This document shows, one piece after another, positions 39,428-48,400 of a stretch of DNA of 51,895 nucleotides; position 1 is the first letter of the stretch; every line of letters starts with the position of its first letter. The translations under genes and the position numbers were made by a program. Source of the DNA: Fidelibacterota bacterium (lineage in GTDB: Bacteria > Fidelibacterota > Marinisomatia > SCGC-AAA003-L08 > GCA-2689995); assembly GCA_002689995.1 (NCBI GenBank), contig NZIV01000063.1:21010-72904 (forward strand), in the 5' to 3' direction. The notes beneath the pieces were generated by a model. It saw only the letters and a program-made list of their open reading frames with translations, did no database searches and was not told the origin of the DNA.

Positions 39428-40105
39428 ATGAAAAAAATATACTTACATCTGTTTATTTTTATTTTATCTAGTTTCGCTATATCACAATTGGAATATTCTT
39501 TAGAAGATGTTAACACTACTTCTTCAACTTATAATTTAAATGTTTGGTATCCAGAATACTCAGAATTTATTACATTACATTATTTTTCAACGCAAGGTTG
39601 AGCTGGCTGAACAGCTACTTTTGTGCAGTTGCACAATTTTCAAAATGAATTAAGAAATACTGATGGATTTACTAATATCGTCTTTATTGCAGTAGGACAA
39701 ACAAATATTAGTAGTTTTAACGAAAACTTTTGCTCTGATTCAGACCTTCCACTTGTTATGGATCCTTACCCTGAACTTCCTTTGAGAGAAATGTTTAATG
39801 CTGCGCATAAAGAAGTTGTTATTGTAGATTCAGAATCTAATATCCTTGGTAGGATAACTTTAAATGGAAATTTAAATAGCAACGAAAAGGATTATATAAG
39901 AAACATTATTAGTGAAAATTATCCTGGAGATTCTATCATTGGAGATATAAATGGTGATGAGATAATAAATGTTTTAGATGTTATACTTGTAGTTAACATA
40001 GTTTTAGGAGCAATTACTGATTTAGATAGTGCAGATGTAAATCAAGATGGTTTAATCAATGTTCTTGATATAATTAACATTGTTAACATTATAATAAATA
40101 CTTAG
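39428..40105 (+). CDS. Secreted thioredoxin-like (redoxin) protein with dockerin; predicted double selenoprotein (U58-A-G-U61)
   Basis: ATG 39428 and signal peptide, then YSLEDVNTTSST...LHYFSTQG-TGA-GCT-GGC-TGA-TATFVQLHNFQNEL in frame with the listed 160-aa ORF; 225 aa; C-terminal dockerin. Confidence 0.85.
39621..39636 (+). promoter_or_regulatory. SECIS-like hairpin
   Basis: TTGTGC-AGTT-GCACAA. The loop GU lies 18 nt after the second UGA and 27 nt after the first; it resembles the apical stem of the E. coli fdhF SECIS (GUUGCAGGUCUGCAC). Confidence 0.7.
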
Positions 40106-40110
40106 TTTTT

Positions 40111-41175
40111 ATGCGTTTTTTACTTCTAATAATTTTTTTTATATGTATTCCTTTCACTCAAACCCAAGAATGTATAAATATGCCTCTTAATTCGATCATA
40201 AGTACTTATAGCATCGGAGATACTATTAGTATAGATGACCAATTACGACCATATAATGTGTGCTATTCATCTGAAAATAATAGTAATAATACATTTAGGC
40301 TTGCAGATTTTAATGGCAATTTAAATGGAGGCCATTATCGAGTAACTTTAATAAGTATGAATGCATCATGGTGACCGGCATGTTATGGATACATCAGTAT
40401 GATGGATCAAATTCTTGAATTTATAAATATAAACAATCAAATAGAGTTTTTAGTTAGTTTTGATGATGGTACAGGACCTAACTCAACATATACATGCAAT
40501 GAATGGGGTAATTTATATAATGAACTTGGCGAATATGGAAATCAACCAATAATTTTAAATGGTGATGATGACTATAATCAAGATGGAGACCCTGATCATC
40601 ATTTATGGAATTCATTTGCAGGAAATTCTTATTCTGCATACGTAATGTTAGATCATCATATGGTTGTTAGATATTTGTTTGATATTCCAGATTTATATCA
40701 ATTTCAATACAACTACTTAACATCACTCATGAATGCGATGAATGGTTGCACAGAACAATCTGCATGTAATTATAGTCATACTGCTATATACAACGATGGC
40801 ACATGTCAATTTGATCAAGAATGTGATGAAAATTTGAACCCTTGTTCGAACTTTTCATCTCATTTAGATTGTATATCTGAATCAAATTGCTTCTGGATGG
40901 GTGATCATTGTATGGAAGGCTCAAATTGTACAGACCCTATCGCAGAAAACTTCAATCCAATAGCAGAAACAACAGGAATCAATGATAATATAGAGTGTAT
41001 TTACTCTCCTTTTATAGAATTTGGCTGTATTTATCCAAGTGCAGTAAATTTTAATAGTGAAGCTCGTATTGATGATGGAACTTGCCAGTTTAATTATAAT
41101 GATGTGAACGAAGACAATATCGTCGATATTTTAGATATTATTATTATACTTTCTGAAATAATAGAGCTTGAATAA
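40111..41175 (+). CDS. Secreted thioredoxin-like protein with Cys-rich repeats and dockerin-like tail; predicted selenoprotein (Sec88, WUPAC)
   Basis: The listed 87-aa and 258-aa ORFs are in one frame, joined by ISMNASW-TGA-PACYGYISMMDQ. FRLADFNG...VTLISM-x-ASW-U-xx-C is a redoxin active-site context; 354 aa. Confidence 0.88.
40388..40408 (+). promoter_or_regulatory. SECIS-like hairpin
   Basis: GAT-A-CATCA-GTA-TGATG-G-ATC; loop G lies 23 nt after the UGA at 40372-40374. Confidence 0.55.
40744..41085 (+). repeat. Three degenerate GCTDxxAxN(Y/F)...DGxC protein repeats
   Basis: GCTEQSACNYSHTAIYNDGTC, NCTDPIAENFNPIA...C and GCIYPSAVNFNSEARIDDGTC. Confidence 0.7.
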
Positions 41176-41187
41176 AGTTTATCCTAT

Positions 41188-41325
41188 TTATTCCTCAAAA
41201 TTTAATAATTTAACTTCAATATCTAGTCCAACTATATTACCACCTAAACCACCATTATTTTCTATGACTCTATGACAAGGAATTACAATTAGAAGAGGAT
41301 TTATGATTACCTTAAAAATATTCAT
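41188..41325 (-). pseudogene. ogt: Remnant of methylated-DNA--protein-cysteine methyltransferase (Ogt/MGMT)
   Basis: 45-codon ORF MNIFKVIINPLLIVIPCHRVIENNGGLGGNIVGLDIEVKLLNFEE with the PCHRV active-site motif; the N-terminal domain and HTH are missing. Confidence 0.8.
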
Positions 41326-41608
41326 ATGATTGTTTAAAAAATATACTTTTATAGCTTAATAAGCTTTAATCTATTTTTTATATATTAAAGCCTACTATTT
41401 GGCAAATAAATATATATAAGAGTCTTCTTTTTTTCTATTTTAGTGAGTAAACTTATATAAGTATCAAAATAGTAATATTATAATTTTATAATTTTATGTT
41501 AGTTTGCCTCTAAGTTTCTAAGAGGCTTATAGAATTAATTAGTCAAAACCACGTAAATTTAACGATTATATTCTTAATAAATTTTATAATTTTTATTGGA
41601 AGGCAACA

Positions 41609-42892
41609 ATGAGTGACTCAGCAAAAATCCAACTTAATAAGTTTGAATTAGATTCTAGAATAATTACAGGTAGTGAAAATGAAAAAGGATTTGATATAAC
41701 AAAACTTAGGCCAACAACAGGCCATATTACTTTAGATCCAGGTTATGGAAATACAGGTGCATGTATGAGTGATATAACCTTTATTGATGGTGAAAAAGGT
41801 ATTCTTCGTTATCGAGGATATCCTATTGAGCAATTGGCAGAAAAATGTAAATTTACTGAAATATGTTATTTATTACTTTACGGTGAGCTTCCAAATTCTA
41901 ATCAACAAGAACTATTTAGTCAAAAAATAAAAAAGGAGCAAAATATCCATGAAGATATGAAACGGTTTTTTGATGGATTCCCAATTACAGCCCATCCAAT
42001 GGCGATTCTTTCAGCAATGGTGACTTCTCTTTCTGCTTATCATAGTGATACAGATATTACAAATCCTGATAAAATTGATAATGACATTATACGACTTTTA
42101 GGTAAAGTAAAATCCTTTGCTGCTTTTTCTTATCGAAAATCCCATGGTTTACCATTTATCTACCCTCAACCAGAATTAAATTATGTGGAAAACTTCCTTC
42201 ATATGATGTTTTCTGATGCACAGGAAAATTATGAAACGGATCCTATTTTAGCTGAAGCATTAAACTTATTACTAATACTTCACGCAGACCATGAGCAAAA
42301 TTGTTCAACTAGTACTGTACGTATGGTTGGAAGTAGTCAAGCAAATCTACATGCTACAATTTCTGCTGGAATCAGTGCATTATGGGGACCATTGCATGGA
42401 GGTGCAAATCAACGAGTTATTGAAATGCTCGAACAAATAAGAGATGATGGTGGTGATTATAAAAAATATGTAAATATGGCTAAGGATAAAAATTCAGATT
42501 ATAAACTATTTGGTTTTGGTCATAGAGTATATAAAAATTATGATCCACGAGCAAAAGTAATTTCACAAGCTGCTGAACGCGTTTTAAAAGCTTTAAATGT
42601 AGATGATCCTTTGATGGATATAGCCAAAAATTTAGAGCATATAGCATTGAATGATAATTATTTTGTTCAACGAAAATTATATCCAAATGTAGATTTTTAT
42701 AGTGGTATTATTTATAAGGCTATGGGAATTCCAACAAATATGTTTACAGTAATGTTTGCTTTGGGTAGGTTACCTGGTTGGCTATCCCATTGGAGAGAAA
42801 TGATAACAGATCCCAAATCTAAAATTAATAGACCTAGACAAATTTATACTGGTCCAATTTTAAGAAATGTAAAACCTGTAGGAGATCGATAA
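41609..42892 (+). CDS. gltA: Citrate synthase (type II)
   Basis: LHADHEQNCSTSTVR, WGPLHGGAN, GFGHRVYKNYDPRA and YPNVDFYSG. Confidence 0.97.
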   Translation: MSDSAKIQLNKFELDSRIITGSENEKGFDITKLRPTTGHITLDPGYGNTGACMSDITFIDGEKGILRYRGYPIEQLAEKCKFTEICYLLLYGELPNSNQQELFSQKIKKEQNIHEDMKRFFDGFPITAHPMAILSAMVTSLSAYHSDTDITNPDKIDNDIIRLLGKVKSFAAFSYRKSHGLPFIYPQPELNYVENFLHMMFSDAQENYETDPILAEALNLLLILHADHEQNCSTSTVRMVGSSQANLHATISAGISALWGPLHGGANQRVIEMLEQIRDDGGDYKKYVNMAKDKNSDYKLFGFGHRVYKNYDPRAKVISQAAERVLKALNVDDPLMDIAKNLEHIALNDNYFVQRKLYPNVDFYSGIIYKAMGIPTNMFTVMFALGRLPGWLSHWREMITDPKSKINRPRQIYTGPILRNVKPVGDR

Positions 42893-42893
42893 A

Positions 42894-43712
42894 CTGAAAG
42901 CATATCACAACCTTGTCAAACATGTTTTAGAAACAGGAATTCGTAAAAAAAATCGTACTGGCACAGATACAATTTCTGCATTTGGTACACATTATAAAGT
43001 TGACCTTTCACATGGATACCCTTTACTTACAACTAAGAAGATATTCTTTAAATCTGTTATAAGAGAGTTACTTTGGTATTTATCAGGTGAAACTCATATT
43101 AGAAATCTTAGAAAACATACTAAAATTTGGGATGCATGGACCACTGAAGAAGATAATTGGGAAATTGGTAAAATGTATGGTTATCAATGGGTAAACTGGG
43201 AAAAATATACTAAAGACCCCAAAACCGGACAATTTGATAAAACTTATATAAATCAAATTGATGAGGTAATAAAATTAATTAAAAAAGATCCAAATTCTAG
43301 ACGAATGGTTATTACTGCTTGGAATCCATCTGTTTTAGACGAAATTGCTCTACCTAGTTGTCATGCATTTTTTATTTTTAATGTTTCTGGTGATAAATTA
43401 AATTGTCATTTAACTCAAAGAAGTGGCGATATAGCACTAGGAATTCCATTTAATTTAGCTTGCTATGCAACATTAACACAGATGATTGCTCAGGAGACAG
43501 GTTATAAACTTGGTTGTTTTTCTCATTATATAAATGATGCTCATGTTTATGTTAATCATGTTGAAGGTTTAAAAGAGCAGCTTACTCGAGAGTTCAAGCC
43601 ACTACCAACATTAGAAATTTCAAAAAAGCCATTTTGGGACTTAGATTTTAAAGACTTTGAAATAAAAGATTATAATCCTCACCCTTCGATTAGGTTTGAA
43701 GTTGCTATTTAA
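42894..43712 (+). CDS. thyA: Thymidylate synthase (CTG start; 272 aa)
   Basis: Frame is open from CTG 42894 (KAYHNLVKHVLETG...NRTGT...PLLTTK...ELLWYL) after an AGGAG RBS; LPSCH and QRSGD...PFN motifs. The ORF track shows only the C-terminal 179 aa. Confidence 0.95.
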   Translation: MKAYHNLVKHVLETGIRKKNRTGTDTISAFGTHYKVDLSHGYPLLTTKKIFFKSVIRELLWYLSGETHIRNLRKHTKIWDAWTTEEDNWEIGKMYGYQWVNWEKYTKDPKTGQFDKTYINQIDEVIKLIKKDPNSRRMVITAWNPSVLDEIALPSCHAFFIFNVSGDKLNCHLTQRSGDIALGIPFNLACYATLTQMIAQETGYKLGCFSHYINDAHVYVNHVEGLKEQLTREFKPLPTLEISKKPFWDLDFKDFEIKDYNPHPSIRFEVAI

Positions 43713-44194
43713 TGGAAATTCATTTAATTTGGGCTCAAGATAGAAATAATGCAATTGGGGTTAATGGTAACCTTCCTTGGAATATACCCGAAGACTTAAA
43801 GAACTTTAAAAAATTAACTCTAAATAAACCCATTATTATGGGGCGTAAAACTTGGGATTCTTTAAAATTTAAGCCCCTACCTAAAAGACGTAATATTGTA
43901 TTATCTTCAAAACAAAAAATTGATAATGCTGAAATTTATAAAAATATCCATTTTTTATTAAATGAATTAATTATTTCTAACATAAAGTCCATTTTTATAA
44001 TTGGAGGTGCACAAGTTTATAAAGAGTTTTGGAATTTAGCAACGCATTTACATATTACATTAATTTCCAAAAATTGTGAAAATGCAGATACTTTTTTCCC
44101 AATTAAATACAATATGATTGAAGAAGAATTCAAAAAAATAAATTCAGAAAATTTGACTAATATTGCTGAATATCAGCTTTGGACTAAAATTTAA
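43712..44194 (+). CDS. folA: Dihydrofolate reductase
   Basis: IGVNGNLPWNIPEDL, IMGRKTWDSL, PLPKRRNIVLS and IIGGAQVY. Confidence 0.96.
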   Translation: MEIHLIWAQDRNNAIGVNGNLPWNIPEDLKNFKKLTLNKPIIMGRKTWDSLKFKPLPKRRNIVLSSKQKIDNAEIYKNIHFLLNELIISNIKSIFIIGGAQVYKEFWNLATHLHITLISKNCENADTFFPIKYNMIEEEFKKINSENLTNIAEYQLWTKI

Positions 44195-44532
44195 TCTAAA
44201 GCCTCTTTAACTAACTTCCCTGACAGACCGGCAAATCCACCTAAAATAAATGGTAAAATTATAATTACTATTGCAAGTAAAATTGTATTATTTAAGCTTA
44301 ACATAGTTGAAGTTCTTTCCATTATAATTTCTCCACCATTGAACCATCTATAAAATAAAATTATACTCCAACAACTAGATAAACTAAATCCAGGAAGAAA
44401 AAATGAAGTTTTTTTACTTTGAAGGAAAAATCCTATAAATAAAGAAAATATTACTCCGACCCACCAGTGCATTAATAGTAATATTGGAAATAATATAATA
44501 TTTACAATTATAACTTTTTTAAAAAATTCCAT
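44191..44532 (-). CDS. Small hypothetical membrane protein
   Basis: Highly hydrophobic 113 aa; translationally coupled to the acylase gene. Confidence 0.7.
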   Translation of the reverse strand: MEFFKKVIIVNIILFPILLLMHWWVGVIFSLFIGFFLQSKKTSFFLPGFSLSSCWSIILFYRWFNGGEIIMERTSTMLSLNNTILLAIVIIILPFILGGFAGLSGKLVKEALD

Positions 44533-46979
44533 TATTCCCTCCCTTTAAAAATTAACAATTTACCTGGAATTTCACCTGGATTTGAACTTGAATTTATATC
44601 TCTTAATTCTCCAATTCTCCATTTTTCTAACATATCCGAATAGAATTCACTTCCAGGATAACCAGATTGTCCTCCAGGCAGAATACCTTTTGCCTTAGGT
44701 GGATTGGACATTTCAACAATATATCTCCAAGAAGGACCAAAATGCTTTCTTGTTGCATTTGGAATTAATTTTCCACCACCCGTAAATAAATCTATTTCCC
44801 CAAAACCAGGAATTTTTGCTAAATGATAAATATCTGTTCCTCTGGAATTTCCCCACTTCCATTTTTCAGACAATTCTCCAAAATCATTATTAAGGCTGGT
44901 TAATGCACTATCAAAGCTTTGAGAAACAAGCATCGAAAAGGTTTCAATATTTGGAGTATTAATATTATCAATCCATTTTGCATCATGTTCTTTAGTTAAA
45001 AGCTGCTCCAACCTTGAATAATCTGGCCATAAAATATCATTATCAGGTTTTCCTAAATCGTCTTGCCATATAAATTTTTCTATGTAATCAATCCATTTAT
45101 CATAAATTGTTGGTGCAATTTTTTCTCCATCAAAAAAGTAATCCCATTTACTTAATTCACCTATTGGATCGACATAATTGAGTGGTACTATTTGGTTTTT
45201 AATAGTATCTAAAAGTATTGGAAGAACTCGTTCTGCCATAAGATTTTTATTATCCATTTGGATTTGAATAAACTCCTCAAATCCTGCATTATCTAAATCA
45301 TTTAATTTTTGATTTATTCGTTCACCTCTAAAAGATTCAACTAACCATGGTGAAAGATAATATGGATAATTATTATCCGTTACATGTTGATTGGCTGAAC
45401 TGACATACCCTCTCAATGGATTTAAAACATGAGCTTTTTCATAATGCGGAATCGGCTCATTCCAAACATAATTAGGATCAGTACCATCCATAATAAATCG
45501 TCCCTGATTTTTCCATTTTGCAGGAGTATTCCCAGCATGCCATATTGCGATATTTCCTTCAATATCAGCATATACAAAATTTTGGACTGGGCATGTAAAA
45601 TATTTCAATGCTTCAACATATTCATCATAATTCATAGCTTTATTTAGGTCATAAAATGTTTTACTTTCAGCGCTTTTATCATGAGCTAGCCAACGTAATG
45701 CTCTACCAACAGAAATCATTTCACCGCCATTATTACGTTCATTATACATTTTTTTTGATTGGTCCTTATAATTCCATACAATTGGTCCAGAATTTGTATA
45801 TACAACGGTGTCAATAAATGATTTTTTACCCCTAATTTTAATTTCTTCAATCCTTTTTTTAGTTTTTATCCACTCATTATCATAAAAATATTCATCCATT
45901 GTTTCAGATTTAAAGACAATATCATACCAATCCCAAACATCATCTCCTCCATTTGTCTCACCCCAGGAAATAAAGTCATTAAATCCACTTATAACACATG
46001 GTGCACCAGGCAATGAAGCACCGTAAACATTAAAATCAGGTGTATTTAAATGTATTTGATACCAAATATTTGGCAGGGTTAATTGAAGATGTGGATCATT
46101 TGATAATAAAGGAAATCCTGATTTAGTTCTGGAACCCTCTATAGCCCAATTATTACTTCCAATCCGTTTATCTGGTTGAACTAAAATTTTATCCTGATAT
46201 GGATTTCCTTTATACAATGAATCAGGCACATTTAATGGAATTGAAGGTGTTGAAAAAAATGTATTTTTAGGTATAATTGGATCTATATAATCAGGGTATT
46301 CAGGAAATAAATCATTTAAAACATCCATACTAACTTTATCCCTTAATTTAGTAAAATCTAAATCTGATGATCGACCACTTAGAGAAAATGCCATTGACTT
46401 TAAGAACAACAAAGTTTTTAGAGTGGTCCACTCTTCTGGTTTATAATCTAAAATTTTATATTCAATCGGATACTCATCCCATTTTAATGAATTTATATAT
46501 GCATTAACGCCATCAGCATATGCTAATATTCCAGAATAAACATTAGGATATTTTTGAGTTTCTTTTAATCCATTTTCTGCTGCAAATACCATTCCAATTC
46601 GTCGTTGGAATTGATCATATTTTAAAGCATTTTCTCCGATTATTTCTGAAAGACGACCTCCCGCTGCATGAGTTTGAAATTCCATTTGCCAAAGTCTATC
46701 AAATGCAGTTGTATAACCCTGTGTAAAAAATAAATCATATTCATTTTTTGCAAAAATATGTGGAACATGATTTTCATCTATTACTACTTTAACTTCATCA
46801 TTTAGATTAGGAAAAATATATTCATCATCAGAATATTTATCGGAATTAACCAGTGCCAAAAAACCATGAAAGGGGTCAAGAAACTTCCCTAATGGAGGAA
46901 TATTACCATATCTATTATTTAATATGAAAACAGATGAAAATATACAAAATAGGCTTAAAACTGCTTTCAGTTTTTTCAC
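44532..46979 (-). CDS. Penicillin acylase family Ntn-hydrolase
   Basis: PHIFA...QGY...DRLWQM, GSNNW nucleophile, NDPHL and PGGQSG. Confidence 0.93.
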   Translation of the reverse strand: MKKLKAVLSLFCIFSSVFILNNRYGNIPPLGKFLDPFHGFLALVNSDKYSDDEYIFPNLNDEVKVVIDENHVPHIFAKNEYDLFFTQGYTTAFDRLWQMEFQTHAAGGRLSEIIGENALKYDQFQRRIGMVFAAENGLKETQKYPNVYSGILAYADGVNAYINSLKWDEYPIEYKILDYKPEEWTTLKTLLFLKSMAFSLSGRSSDLDFTKLRDKVSMDVLNDLFPEYPDYIDPIIPKNTFFSTPSIPLNVPDSLYKGNPYQDKILVQPDKRIGSNNWAIEGSRTKSGFPLLSNDPHLQLTLPNIWYQIHLNTPDFNVYGASLPGAPCVISGFNDFISWGETNGGDDVWDWYDIVFKSETMDEYFYDNEWIKTKKRIEEIKIRGKKSFIDTVVYTNSGPIVWNYKDQSKKMYNERNNGGEMISVGRALRWLAHDKSAESKTFYDLNKAMNYDEYVEALKYFTCPVQNFVYADIEGNIAIWHAGNTPAKWKNQGRFIMDGTDPNYVWNEPIPHYEKAHVLNPLRGYVSSANQHVTDNNYPYYLSPWLVESFRGERINQKLNDLDNAGFEEFIQIQMDNKNLMAERVLPILLDTIKNQIVPLNYVDPIGELSKWDYFFDGEKIAPTIYDKWIDYIEKFIWQDDLGKPDNDILWPDYSRLEQLLTKEHDAKWIDNINTPNIETFSMLVSQSFDSALTSLNNDFGELSEKWKWGNSRGTDIYHLAKIPGFGEIDLFTGGGKLIPNATRKHFGPSWRYIVEMSNPPKAKGILPGGQSGYPGSEFYSDMLEKWRIGELRDINSSSNPGEIPGKLLIFKGRE

Positions 46980-47065
46980 TTAATTTTTCTTGAATTAATT
47001 AAAAAATATACTATTATAAATATCCAAACAATAATTATTACCGCATAAAACCATTCTTTAAACAT
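46976..47065 (-). CDS. ccmD: Probable heme exporter protein CcmD (29 aa)
   Basis: MFKEWFYAVIIIVWIFIIVYFLINSRKIK: single TM plus basic tail, AGAGG RBS, overlaps the ccmC stop and the acylase start. Confidence 0.65.
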   Translation of the reverse strand: MFKEWFYAVIIIVWIFIIVYFLINSRKIK

Positions 47066-47726
47066 TTAATCCTCTTAATTTTTTTTCTACAAAAATTCTA
47101 AATTTTACCATTGAAAATAAAATCAAACTAAAATTTATTAGTGAAAATTTAAATAACTTTTGAATTAAATCTGAGGATTCAGCAATTGCATTTCTTCCAG
47201 GGTGTGCTTGTGCTTCAGGTGCCCACATATCAACAGCAAAATAAATAAGTGGTACTTCAAAGAATGCAATAATACAAATAATTGCAGCTAGTCTTGCTCC
47301 CTTTTCTAATGTACCAGAAAATTCTCGAACCATAAAATACACAATATAAGTAATAAATATAAGAAGGGTAGTTGTTAATCTTGGTTCCCATGTCCATGGT
47401 TTACCCCATATTGGAGTTGCCCAAATTGGACCAGTTATTAAAACTAATACACAAAAAAGAGTTCCGACTTCTGCAAATACTAATGCATAAATATCAGAAA
47501 AAATATCACGTTTAAATAGAAATTTCAAACTAAATATCATTGCAATAAAATATGCAATAAAGAAGTTCCAAGCTAATGGCACATGATAGTAAAATATTTT
47601 TTGTGCCCACTCTTGATCTACAATCATCGGTGATTTATAAAAAATTAATATCAAATTAATAATTGATATTAACAAGGTAACAATGATTAAAATTAAATTA
47701 AATTTATTATTTAAAAATCTTTTCAG
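47058..47726 (-). CDS. ccmC: Heme exporter / cytochrome c biogenesis protein CcmC
   Basis: YYHVP and the WWD domain WATPIWGKPWTWEPRLT. Start extended to the CTG right after the ccmB stop, with a GGAGG RBS. Confidence 0.9.
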   Translation of the reverse strand: MKRFLNNKFNLILIIVTLLISIINLILIFYKSPMIVDQEWAQKIFYYHVPLAWNFFIAYFIAMIFSLKFLFKRDIFSDIYALVFAEVGTLFCVLVLITGPIWATPIWGKPWTWEPRLTTTLLIFITYIVYFMVREFSGTLEKGARLAAIICIIAFFEVPLIYFAVDMWAPEAQAHPGRNAIAESSDLIQKLFKFSLINFSLILFSMVKFRIFVEKKLRGLNV

Positions 47727-48395
47727 CTATTCCTCCAATGAATAATCAAATAAAAATAATCCCATAATTGTCATTCCAATAGCAAATGATAAAATAATCA
47801 TATACCAGAAACTATAAAACTCAAACTTTAACCCTTTAGCTAGAATTGTAGTTGATTTAACTGCAGAAATAAAAACTGGAGTAGATAATGGAAAAAATAA
47901 TAATATGCTTAAAACATCACTCATTTTAGACCTAAATCCCAATCCTCCTACTAAAACACCCAATGTAGAAATAGCCCAATTAATTAATGTTACAAGTAGC
48001 CAAAATTTCAAATTTTTAATTATAGGAAAATCAAAAAATAGGTGAAATAATGGAAATAAAATTATCTGTGAAATGAGTAAATATAAAATAAATGAAATTG
48101 ATTTTGAGAGGAAAATATAACCTCTATCGATGGGTGAGCTTAATAATAAACTGATAGCATTAAATTCTTTTTCTTTAGAAAAATTCCTATTGATTCCAAT
48201 ATTCAAAGAAAACATAAAAGTAATCCAAGCAAGTCCAGGCAAAAAGAATTGTATAGAATTTGAGGAAGGATTAAATGAAAATGAAAAAATAAGTAGAGTA
48301 GAAATTCCAAATATTACCATAGAAAGCAGTGTGTCTTTTGACTTTAACTCCTGTGAAATTTCTTTTTTCAATAATATAAAAAATAAATTATTCAA
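47727..48395 (-). CDS. ccmB: Heme exporter protein CcmB
   Basis: Six-TM protein with FSKEKE...LLLSSPI...IFLSK and ILLFFPLSTPV motifs; lies between ccmA and ccmC. Confidence 0.88.
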   Translation of the reverse strand: MNNLFFILLKKEISQELKSKDTLLSMVIFGISTLLIFSFSFNPSSNSIQFFLPGLAWITFMFSLNIGINRNFSKEKEFNAISLLLSSPIDRGYIFLSKSISFILYLLISQIILFPLFHLFFDFPIIKNLKFWLLVTLINWAISTLGVLVGGLGFRSKMSDVLSILLFFPLSTPVFISAVKSTTILAKGLKFEFYSFWYMIILSFAIGMTIMGLFLFDYSLEE

Positions 48396-48400
48396 TCTAA

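Noticed and set aside
32412-41175. In-frame TGAs as random nonsense mutations (pseudogenes)
   Set aside because: Four TGAs in three genes all hit active-site Cys positions and are followed by hairpins, with otherwise intact frames. Chance decay is improbable, though it cannot be formally excluded without the sel genes.
41506-41526. Inverted repeat GCCTCT-N9-AGAGGC upstream of gltA
   Set aside because: Short, with no U-tract or known motif. It could be regulatory but this is unsupported.
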